Notes under the pieces: generated by a model | Databases searched by the model: none | What the model was told of the DNA's origin: nothing | The model's input: only the letters and a program-made list of their open reading frames with translations | In this document: in pieces, positions 36,801 to 43,596 of the stretch | Layout of the letters: each line of letters begins with the position of its first letter | How positions within the stretch are numbered: position 1 is the stretch's first letter | Virus record (IMG/VR): IMGVR_UViG_3300042691_053984 | Location: 1-64,000 of that record | Length of the DNA: 64,000 bases | Source of the DNA: a virus | Strand: one strand, 5' to 3' | Position numbers and translations under genes: made by a program

Positions 36801-37027
36801 GAGGCGATCTGAACGTTCTCCCCTGCGATCAAGTATGATGATCCGTCTGAAAGCCGCGTCAAAGATCCTGACAGGCCTTCAGGTATGCTGATCGCGTGCA
36901 ACCCTTGGTTCAGTACCGTGTAGGGTGACTGTGTGACAGGTTCCGCTGTGTCTCTTTCTACCTGAGATTGAGATTCTACCGTTGATCTTTCTTGCTCTAT
37001 GACACTTAGGTTGTCTTCTCTTGACAT
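30863..37027 (-). CDS. giant repeat protein (beta-propeller-type blades), putative tail fibre/receptor-binding protein, 2054 aa
   Basis: About 32 units of ALAVSGSxL(Y/F)VGGxFTTLSGSxRxxLGAVDTTTG; fibre-type N-terminal modules; GGAGG SD. Confidence 0.85.
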   Translation of the reverse strand: MSREDNLSVIEQERSTVESQSQVERDTAEPVTQSPYTVLNQGLHAISIPEGLSGSLTRLSDGSSYLIAGENVQIASASNGSITISSTAAPSTPPGVDGSVFFNDGGTAVNGSSTFTFNKTTNALVVDTISGSLARLVDGSDYLKAGGNIRLTSGSDGSVNIDENVKGFGVALTGSRPLEGRRGSFDFASISTQARDALVGINGTVLAIEPDGTGGAFVGGTFTRCNEDRRNNLAHIGSDGQLSSWDVTTNSTVRALKLSGSTLFAGGDFDYVGTNGERLFSLNTVNGQIKRYPLGAFGTVFTSIDLPDGSTIVGGSFTNILGEVRRNLVKIRADDTLDPIFNPEPSSTVNSLAVSGSTLYVGGQFSALGGSIRTRLGAVDITTGQATRFEATANSTVSALVVSGSTLFVGGTFSTLSGSFRDFLGAVDTTTGNVKAFVPYVNGNVNELVLSGSTLFVGGAFSVVQGVQRLDLAAVDTTTGNLLPFAADTNNTVNFLTLSGSSLFVGGTFTTLSGSARNRLAAVDTTTGNLLPFAADTNNTVNALAVSGSTLYVGGTFGALSGSLQACFGAVDTTTGNIKSQEILGTRGSISHLFMRNNELWLSPGEHIYLSRKQKLAALNANYRKTYGSGVLDKSLVFQNFSADVSSGSLVYALAVSGSSLFVGGDFTTLSGSARDRLGAVDTTTGNLRSFAAGATGGTAVRALAVSGSALYVGGDFTALSGSVRSDLGAVNTTTGTPTSFAADANGNVNALAVSGSRLYVGGVFTSITGTLQNNFAVVDTTTGTFISSSAVDGGVNSISIWGSDVFLGGAFRQKTRVVQGGMSARKSDSGFLNIKSLATNAAVSASVVLPDNSVIVGGDFTTILGQTRNRLAKINADGTLNSSWNPNANGSVYALVVSGSALYAGGIFNTLSGSTRLCLAAVDTTTGNLRPFAASTNSAVFALAVSGSSLYVGGNFTTLSGSTKSYTGAVNTTTGAPTAFAADANGAVRALAVSGSRLYVGGEFTRISNQNRNRFGVVDSTTGAIDGSFDARFGLSGSVSTLAVTGSDLYIGGMFQHYVENAASGLLIDGDPTLPGAITNYVDVTSGSALGVINASAGLPEGSVFIGGAFSSVLGVARNNVAKIKSDGTLDLAFNPNVGNTVQALKVSGSSLFIGGFFSTISGSSRVSLGAVDTTTGNLRPFAANTNAPSTVYSLEVSGSSLYVGGTFTTLSGSSRNSLGAVNTTTGAPTPFAADANAVPWVLAVSGSALYVGGVFTTLSGSSRVGLGAVNTTTGNLLPFAANMTTSTSVRALVVSGSTLFVGGTFTTLSGSSALYGGAVNTTTGTPVGNIGANGSVLALALSGSTLYWGGSFTRITSTIPRTFFGATSTALGARTINPSIRGTDVSTISSLGSKVFIGGQFTGASNALEPTQFNGLITVNAGTGEINRSGLRVGSTSLATLNVNNIVVTGSDLYMAGTFGSPFKAADRGAFFNTAISPERTGYLGGIAASGGDVNDSVTLPDGSTIIGGSFTGVLGEQRLRLAKIRSDGKLDATFKVDTNNTVLALAVSGSSLYVGGVFTTLSGSTRDRLGAVDTTTGNLLPFAADAGGTVLALAVSGSSLFVGGSFTTLSGSSRLRLGAVDTTTGNLLPFAADTSVGSQVNDLAVSGSSLYVGGTFTTLSGSSRTYLGAVDTTTGTPTAFASNAGNFVYALAVSGSSLYVGGVFTTLSGSSRTYLGEVDTTTGEPSGFNPRPGSAVFALAVSGSSLYVGGAFTTLDSVSRKGVGAIDTTTGRVLDWDARLAGSPAINTVSPFGARLFVGGNTTSTEVLPHTGFLRADLTTNEVDRRLVLNPSSSLTVAPANNDNFIIGTAAGTSTLSTSASFVTKVTVGSGGDLLQFFDERKPLAASVNSVVAGDFFQQSGSLLMGGTNLQFETSSSFSAGTALDPVFITVESGMANMNNTIVLTGVNRGSGNYIFTLPEGYVFDTSVVEVGSISSRNFAKNIAVGTAAITYDGPGGGGVWAVVPINRRQFVLVGKQPLDTKVKVFGADQIFYDDFKIVISATFPIVQVLV

Positions 37028-37050
37028 TTTTTATCCTCCTCGGTTTGGTA

Positions 37051-38004
37051 TTAAACGACTGGAATCGTTGCGATGAATGAGACGCGTAGGTTTTGTGTCT
37101 GCCCGATGTAAAAATTACCGGACCCCCACGCTAGAGGTTGAGAAACCGAGGAGAGATCTTGTCCCACGAGCACAAGCGTCGTTGCCGTGTCTGGCACCAC
37201 TGACCATCCTCCACCTGAGCCTGCTACGTCAGCCAGCAAGGCCGACATTCCAACGTGTGTACCGTCTACGTACTTTGGCGGCGTTCCCGCGGTCAAAGAC
37301 GTGGAGAAACCGGGAGGTAAGGAGATCTTGTATGTGCCGCTTCCCGCGGAAGAACCCGCAGACGCCTCGTACGAAAGACTGAACATCAGGGTCATCATTT
37401 TACCCTGCACCGCATACTTACCGTAAATGTTGTGCACGGTGGGTAAGGTCGGGGAGGTTGTCGTGGCAGTGACGGCGGGAGTGTATGAGAACCACGATGT
37501 CTCATTTGTCGCCGTGGACGTGATCGTGACCGAACCATTCGCACCAGTCACCAACAGGACGCCCGTTCCGCCTCTCAGGAAGGCAGTACCGTTTGCAAGA
37601 TTTGTCAAAGAGCCCGACAGATTTGTGACGCGGAGGGTGTTCGTGGCGCTGTTAAAGGTAAAATTTGAAGATCCACCAAAAGTGCCGCCATCGTTGAATT
37701 GAACCTCGGTGTCTGCACCCCCTGGCACTGGAACACCTGCCGTCGAAGAAATGGTGATCGACCCATTTGATCCTGTGCTCAGTACGACGTTAGTACCTGC
37801 GACGAGGTAGTCTTCGCCGGTCGCCAACCTTGTCAACGAGCCGCTGAGACCCAACGGGAAACTGGATGGGCCATCCGACGGTAGAACGATGACTCCTGGG
37901 TTTGGTGCGGCGAGGACTGGGTCTGGACCCCTCTCTGCCGAAGCCTGTTGTTCAGCAACGACTCTGTCTGTTTCGATCTGATCTAAACTGGATTCTCTTG
38001 ACAT
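37051..38004 (-). CDS. short tail-fibre/tip protein
   Basis: N-terminus shared with the 2054 aa protein, SGSLT modules, C-terminal domain shared with 15678-16451; GAGGAG SD. Confidence 0.75.
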   Translation of the reverse strand: MSRESSLDQIETDRVVAEQQASAERGPDPVLAAPNPGVIVLPSDGPSSFPLGLSGSLTRLATGEDYLVAGTNVVLSTGSNGSITISSTAGVPVPGGADTEVQFNDGGTFGGSSNFTFNSATNTLRVTNLSGSLTNLANGTAFLRGGTGVLLVTGANGSVTITSTATNETSWFSYTPAVTATTTSPTLPTVHNIYGKYAVQGKMMTLMFSLSYEASAGSSAGSGTYKISLPPGFSTSLTAGTPPKYVDGTHVGMSALLADVAGSGGGWSVVPDTATTLVLVGQDLSSVSQPLAWGSGNFYIGQTQNLRVSFIATIPVV

Positions 38005-38034
38005 GACTTTGATCTCCTCGGTGATTTAATGGTT

Positions 38035-38460
38035 TTACTTTACGATCTTAGAAACCGGTCTCTTGCTCCACATCCTACATGACCAGTAGGCTGCCTTTGT
38101 CCTGTCAGAGGCACGACCTGTACCGCACCCGTGACGCGCTCTGAAACTCTTTCGCGCCTTCGGGTTGTCACGACGTATCTCCATGTTGGGGTCACCGAAG
38201 TTGACCTTCTTCACGTTCCCAGTCTTGGGATCTTTGACGAAGACCTTGAACTTCTTCACGTCGCCTCGCATGGGTTTGCCCAGCTGCACTTTGCGTCCCC
38301 TATATTCGGCTTCGTTTAACGTGTTCGATTCCTCATCGATCGATTCATTGATGATTGCCGCAAAATTCAACTCGTAGTCCTCAAACACACCAGTCATCTC
38401 TAACATGATGGCTTCGTCTATTATCGTGTTGAATATGTCCTGAGAAATCTTTAACTTCAT
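38035..38460 (-). CDS. conserved large-phage hypothetical protein (acidic leader + basic domain)
   Basis: AEYRGRKVQLGKPMRGDVKKFKV...VNFGDPNM...RKSFRARH.C...YWSCRMW. Confidence 0.75.
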   Translation of the reverse strand: MKLKISQDIFNTIIDEAIMLEMTGVFEDYELNFAAIINESIDEESNTLNEAEYRGRKVQLGKPMRGDVKKFKVFVKDPKTGNVKKVNFGDPNMEIRRDNPKARKSFRARHGCGTGRASDRTKAAYWSCRMWSKRPVSKIVK

Positions 38461-38509
38461 GTTACACCCCTTCACATTGGACCATAATTATGGCAGGGTG
38501 GTGATTGTC

Positions 38510-38941
38510 ATGGATAAAATAGACAGGTTCGTAGGTGAACACTCATTTTTGAACAATTTCCACAAGTCAACCTTGTATTTCAGGGGTAAAAAGTATCCGA
38601 CCGTGGAGCACGCATATCAGTCACATAAATCCTCAGAACCCGAGGTTCAAGAGATCATCAGGTGTGCAAGTGATCCGATGGAGGCAAAAAAATTGGGAAG
38701 GTCGATCACGTTGCCTCAAGATTGGGATACGATGAAGGTTTCCCTAATGAAGGAACTGCTCACTGCAAAGTTTGAAAATCCGCTGCTTCGTGAGCTCTTG
38801 AAGTCCACCGGAGACCGCGAGTTGGTCCATGACAATAGATTCAATGACAGATTTTGGGGAGTGTGTCGTGGGTCAGGAGAGAACTGGCTGGGACGGCTTC
38901 TTGAAGAAGTGAGGGCTGCCGCCCTCGAAGACGAGGGGTGA
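38510..38941 (+). CDS. NADAR (YbiA-like) family protein
   Basis: YPTVEHAYQSHK, AKKLGR, WD..KV.LM.ELL.AKF, LL.STG.RELV..N..D.FWG. Confidence 0.88.
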   Translation: MDKIDRFVGEHSFLNNFHKSTLYFRGKKYPTVEHAYQSHKSSEPEVQEIIRCASDPMEAKKLGRSITLPQDWDTMKVSLMKELLTAKFENPLLRELLKSTGDRELVHDNRFNDRFWGVCRGSGENWLGRLLEEVRAAALEDEG

Positions 38942-38944
38942 ATC

Positions 38945-39331
38945 ATGCAGAACACGAAGATGGTTGTGGTTGTGAGGAAGGACCTGAGCATGAGGAAGGG
39001 AAAGTTTGCGTCGCAGGTCGCGAACGCGGCGCTGCAGTTTCTTCTCGGAAACAACGAGTCTGAACGTGCCGATGAGATGCACGTGAAACTCTCACATGAA
39101 GAGGTCACCTGGTTGAGAGGTGGTATGTCACGCATCATCGCGACCGTCGATTCGGGTGATGCCTTGCAGGACCTGTTGCTGAAGGCTGAGGTAAATGGGA
39201 TACCTGCATTTCCTGTGTTCGACAACAGGGTCACCCTTGACGGTGACCGGACGTTGACGTGTGTTGCCTTCGGTCCGTGCGAAGGACAGGAACTATCGAT
39301 CCTAACGGGAAGACTCAAGATCATCCAGTGA
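38945..39331 (+). CDS. peptidyl-tRNA hydrolase 2 (Pth2)-like protein
   Basis: KMVVVVRKDLSMRKGKFASQVANA, W..GG..RII, LTCVAFGP. Confidence 0.8.
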   Translation: MQNTKMVVVVRKDLSMRKGKFASQVANAALQFLLGNNESERADEMHVKLSHEEVTWLRGGMSRIIATVDSGDALQDLLLKAEVNGIPAFPVFDNRVTLDGDRTLTCVAFGPCEGQELSILTGRLKIIQ

Positions 39332-39364
39332 ACACCGAAGCGTCACAGAATATGATGGTATGAT

Positions 39365-39685
39365 ATGTCAGACGATTTAAGAAATACCCTAAAATCAGTG
39401 ATCGACACCATACAGAGACAGCAACTCATCCTTCAGGCCATGTCTTCAGCCGTGAATAGCACGGTTTTTTTGTGCATGGATTCGAAGGAACGCTGTGGCA
39501 CTCAAGACTGTGAAAAGGTGGCGATTTGGACGGGTAAGTCAGGTGTCGCCTGTGATAGGCACCTTGCAGAAAACGTGTCGACCGGATCGACAACGTTGGA
39601 TGACTGGCAACAAGTTCCCAACTCTGAACACGTCAGGAACTTGGAGACTTTTTTGGACCTCTGGCGAGGTGTTGACATCAATTAA
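39365..39685 (+). CDS. hypothetical protein
   Basis: 106 aa, preceded by GTGAACA-16 nt-TATGAT. Confidence 0.65.
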   Translation: MSDDLRNTLKSVIDTIQRQQLILQAMSSAVNSTVFLCMDSKERCGTQDCEKVAIWTGKSGVACDRHLAENVSTGSTTLDDWQQVPNSEHVRNLETFLDLWRGVDIN

Positions 39686-39912
39686 ATGTTTGTGAGCATC
39701 GCCTGAATGGCTGTCTCAACCTTTCTCCTGAGTTCTTCGGGAAGAGCCGACAGAAGAACATAGTGTTCAGGCTTGATGGGAGATATCTGGGGACCTTCTA
39801 CGGTATACTGATCGAGTCCTTGAACACCGACTTTCAAGACCAAAGGAGGCTTTCCCTTTCGTGATGAAAGGATTGGAGAATATAGGTCTACGTTTTGAAA
39901 TTTGTTGTTCAT
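39682..39912 (-). CDS. small hypothetical protein
   Basis: 76 aa, end of the minus-strand structural operon. Confidence 0.6.
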   Translation of the reverse strand: MNNKFQNVDLYSPILSSRKGKPPLVLKVGVQGLDQYTVEGPQISPIKPEHYVLLSALPEELRRKVETAIQAMLTNI

Positions 39913-39913
39913 A

Positions 39914-40105
39914 TCAACCCTTTAGAATCTGTCTGCTTTCATTTAACGCGGCTGACGCAGAAGCCAACCTCTTACTCAGTTCGTTTGCCTGATGCTCGAG
40001 TTCTGATACGTCAGACCCCTCTCTTCTTTTTACTGCGATCTTTTCTCTCAACATGGTTATCTGTTCTGTTAACATCTCTGTGGTTGCTGGCATTTTATAC
40101 CTCAA
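39914..40105 (-). CDS. small coiled-coil protein
   Basis: 63 aa, overlaps upstream stop. Confidence 0.6.
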   Translation of the reverse strand: MRYKMPATTEMLTEQITMLREKIAVKRREGSDVSELEHQANELSKRLASASAALNESRQILKG

Positions 40106-43100
40106 TATCTTTTTAGGATTCCTGATAGTTGTTGTAGCAGCAGTACATCCCTGATTCTGCTTCTGTCTTCTTGACCCAAATACATTTCTGATCCAAGATA
40201 CTCTAGCTTGCTTCTTTCTAACATGTGAGATTCTATCGTAAAATTTGTGCCTTTAAATTGGGTCTTTCTTGGCACGAGTTGCTCGATGAATCTTCCAAAA
40301 GATTTGTCAAACCATCTAAAGAACTCAAAGAAGGACTGAAAATTTAATTTGTCTTTTATCCTGTTGAAGTAAACGTCTCTGAGTTTTTCAAGATCGGGAT
40401 AGTCCGGTGAATACAACAATTCCGGTGAGCCAATTGCGTTTTCTATTGCGTCAAATGTAGAGAACATAGTAACTATGTCTCTGTTTAGGGCATCAATGAG
40501 TGAAAACTCTATTGACATCCTCGTGTCATCTGTCGGACGTTCACTTTTTGTTATTTCGTGGACAGGTCCCAACTGAGACCATGGATTTTCCTGTACGAGT
40601 CCAAAATCTTCATATCCTCTCACTCTGATCTTTTCATCAGTTGCTGCTTCGTCAAAATACGGTGAAAGGTGACTGTAGTCAAAGATTTCTCCCACAAAAC
40701 TCTTCGTTGAACTCGGAAGTCCAGTACCGGACAGGTGTAAGTCATTTTGACTGAAATCAAGCACTGTTAATTGTCCATTTGAACTTGCGGTCCTTGACTC
40801 CTGTTTCATCATTGAATCTATTCTGACCTTTTCAAACGAACCCTCCCTGGTTGAAACGAAGTTGTAGTTCACGAGCGGATCTTGCACACCCAACGACTTG
40901 TAATTACGTGTGTGCTCTGTGAACTCAGATAACGTCAATCCCTTTGACCAAAACCTAACATTTGACGACTGTCCGTTAAACAAGGTTGTTCGTGCATCAC
41001 TTGGTACATTTGCTGTATCGTTTAGATGCCTTGATACAATTGAGAACGCCTGATTCTCTCCCATTGAGATGAAATTTTGCATGTTTGTTGAATTTTTTTC
41101 CCTTAATACGTTAATTTCACCTGTGGGATTTTCGTGAAACCAAGAACTAGTGGACGATATCCAAGCTATGTCTCCATCATTTTGGGAGGCAGCCATCAAA
41201 AAATAGGAAGACGAGTTAATAGAGTCAACAGAGTCATTCCTGTTGCAACCAAAAACAACGTTCCATCTTTCGTTGTCATAAAAAGAACTTTTGGGCAGGT
41301 CAAGCTGTAATCCTAATAAAGGAGATGAAGCTGAGTCACCTGTCCTTAAGTACAATTTAAGATAATTTCTATCTGCCAGCCTATCAAACACTAACAACAA
41401 ATTTGCAACAAGATTTGGTTCTAGAGTTCCAACAAAGCTCCACGGATGTTGTTCGCTTATGTCAAAGTTGCACAACCTCACAAGGCTTTGAACCTCAGAT
41501 GAAGGTTGTTGTCTATATTTGAATATTCCCTCTATTGACCAAGAACCTGACGTAAAAAGTCCATCATTTGGATTGTTTGAAATTCCATACGGTGGAAACA
41601 ATTCAGTGTTGACCATGTCACCAGAGATATTAGGAAAGCCTGGTTCTGTCCTTGATCCTGACAAAAACGGACTTAGCACCAGTGATCCGGATGAAAACTG
41701 CAACATCACTCCACTGTCTATTCTTTTTTCTCTTGCGAAAGAAATTGCCTTTGTTGTGGGACCTCCAAATTCTCTAATCCTCAGAGAATTATTTGGATCT
41801 ACCCCGATTGATCTCAGGAAAGATTTTATTGCGTGTTGAGTTCCCTTAGAACGAATTACTTCAGGCATATTTATGAGAATGCGTCTCATGATTTCATTTT
41901 GAACTTCACGCAGACTCAATGTGGAAGTTGAAATGTTTGAATCGATGTTTTCTCCATCTACGTATTGCTCTATGGTTGAGTTGTTGAAAAACGAAGGTAG
42001 ATAGACACCCCATGAACTCACCAAATCAGACAAAAAGTTGTCAGGTGCGCTATCAAATTTGTTGTAATCAACGTGTTTGATAGTACTAAATGCGTCCACA
42101 TACAACTTAATCTCATCAAAAAATTTGGACCAAATGTACAAAAATGACATAATAACTTGTGCAGATGTCATTTTCCCTTGTCTTGGTAATCCTGATCCAC
42201 CATAAAATTCTTTTGTGTCAGCAGCAAGAGGGGCTTCAATATTTTCAACAATTGAAGCTTCCTCAAAATAATGCTGAGGAATCAATCTTGTGATTATGTT
42301 TGGATTTTCTTGATCATACGCTGATGCACTTGATATTAAGTCTTCATTTAATGAAGTGACTCCAAGATATGCAGGAAACAGGATTGGTGAAAACAGTTTG
42401 TTTTCATATATCATCGGATTTTCATCTGATTCTTCAGCGTTTAGCCTCAATGGCCCTAAAAAATTTTGTATTAGACCGTGTAAAGAATTACCGGAAGAGT
42501 CAAGTACTATTGAGTTTATTTGATCATTCTCGTACTGAGTTAGAGGCGGAGGTGGTTCATTGAACTTGTAATACAATTTTAAATCTGGCGATGCAAACAC
42601 CGACTTCTTTGCATATGATTTTTGTTGTTGTATCGAACGAATTGAATGAAAGACCCTCAACTCATCAAGACTGCCGCTAAAGGTCTGCACGGGTTCATAG
42701 ATGGAACCATCCACCTTTGTTGAGCTACCCGAACCTATCGTTATGTCGGCATCTCTTAAGTCTAGATCGTGCATTGAATATGAGTGCTTAGAACTATTCA
42801 CAAGCGCTTCATTTACGAATAGGTCAAGTTTACCAAGTGATTTTTCTCTGTCCCAAACTGCACAAATGTGACTAAATTTGTTCTTGGAAATTGGAGCCTT
42901 AACATTTAAAGACACACTTCCAGAAACTACGGCAAACATCAATTCGCTTTCATTACTCGAATATCCACTGTCAATGTAAATGCCTATGTTAGATGTGTCA
43001 TCTCTTCTTTTCTGAAAGATAACTTGTTTTCCGCCTAATACATTTGATGGAAATACCTGAGCCTCAAAACTGATTGACGTTCCCTTTGGACTGATTATTG

Positions 43101-43596
43101 ATTCTCCGGTATTGTTTTTTGAAATTTCTGGGAACAAAGATCCTGCATAGTCTTTTGTTTTTATCCATGTTCCAAGTTCTTCGTCAAATCCATTGCTTGG
43201 TGTTTCGTTTATCAACGTTCCTGAAAACGCAAGATAACCCCTAAATTTTGGAAATTGATCAAACACCCACTTTTCAAATCCTGTTAGGTTTTCAAAAAAC
43301 CTTTCAACTTCTACTTTGCTTCCATCAAACGGATAAGAGTTAATAATCTGATCAAACGCAATGTTGACTTTTGTCTCGGCAGAAGAAAAGAAGGTATGAT
43401 TTTCAAATTTAGACCAATCTACATTGAGTTGCTGAGTGCTTTTTAGCGGGAAATTACCTGGTTCGTATTTAAATGACGCCGTGCTTGCGATGTTTGTATT
43501 TTTCACTTGAGAAAAATTCAACTGAAGAGGTCTTGAATCCTCAAGAGTTGATTTTAAAAATGATGGAATGTACTTTTTGAACATGAAATTTCTCAA
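40102..43596 (-). CDS. large baseplate/tail structural protein with LamG (concanavalin-like) domains
   Basis: FSHICAVWD...LFVNE and FSGSLDELRVFHSIRS are LamG-type motifs; lies in the baseplate operon. Confidence 0.7.
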   Translation of the reverse strand: MRNFMFKKYIPSFLKSTLEDSRPLQLNFSQVKNTNIASTASFKYEPGNFPLKSTQQLNVDWSKFENHTFFSSAETKVNIAFDQIINSYPFDGSKVEVERFFENLTGFEKWVFDQFPKFRGYLAFSGTLINETPSNGFDEELGTWIKTKDYAGSLFPEISKNNTGESIISPKGTSISFEAQVFPSNVLGGKQVIFQKRRDDTSNIGIYIDSGYSSNESELMFAVVSGSVSLNVKAPISKNKFSHICAVWDREKSLGKLDLFVNEALVNSSKHSYSMHDLDLRDADITIGSGSSTKVDGSIYEPVQTFSGSLDELRVFHSIRSIQQQKSYAKKSVFASPDLKLYYKFNEPPPPLTQYENDQINSIVLDSSGNSLHGLIQNFLGPLRLNAEESDENPMIYENKLFSPILFPAYLGVTSLNEDLISSASAYDQENPNIITRLIPQHYFEEASIVENIEAPLAADTKEFYGGSGLPRQGKMTSAQVIMSFLYIWSKFFDEIKLYVDAFSTIKHVDYNKFDSAPDNFLSDLVSSWGVYLPSFFNNSTIEQYVDGENIDSNISTSTLSLREVQNEIMRRILINMPEVIRSKGTQHAIKSFLRSIGVDPNNSLRIREFGGPTTKAISFAREKRIDSGVMLQFSSGSLVLSPFLSGSRTEPGFPNISGDMVNTELFPPYGISNNPNDGLFTSGSWSIEGIFKYRQQPSSEVQSLVRLCNFDISEQHPWSFVGTLEPNLVANLLLVFDRLADRNYLKLYLRTGDSASSPLLGLQLDLPKSSFYDNERWNVVFGCNRNDSVDSINSSSYFLMAASQNDGDIAWISSTSSWFHENPTGEINVLREKNSTNMQNFISMGENQAFSIVSRHLNDTANVPSDARTTLFNGQSSNVRFWSKGLTLSEFTEHTRNYKSLGVQDPLVNYNFVSTREGSFEKVRIDSMMKQESRTASSNGQLTVLDFSQNDLHLSGTGLPSSTKSFVGEIFDYSHLSPYFDEAATDEKIRVRGYEDFGLVQENPWSQLGPVHEITKSERPTDDTRMSIEFSLIDALNRDIVTMFSTFDAIENAIGSPELLYSPDYPDLEKLRDVYFNRIKDKLNFQSFFEFFRWFDKSFGRFIEQLVPRKTQFKGTNFTIESHMLERSKLEYLGSEMYLGQEDRSRIRDVLLLQQLSGILKRY

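Noticed and set aside
16484-37027. Dozens of plus-strand and off-frame ORFs over the fibre genes
   Set aside because: Antisense shadows of GC-rich, repetitive coding sequence; they repeat with the protein repeats and lack SD sites.
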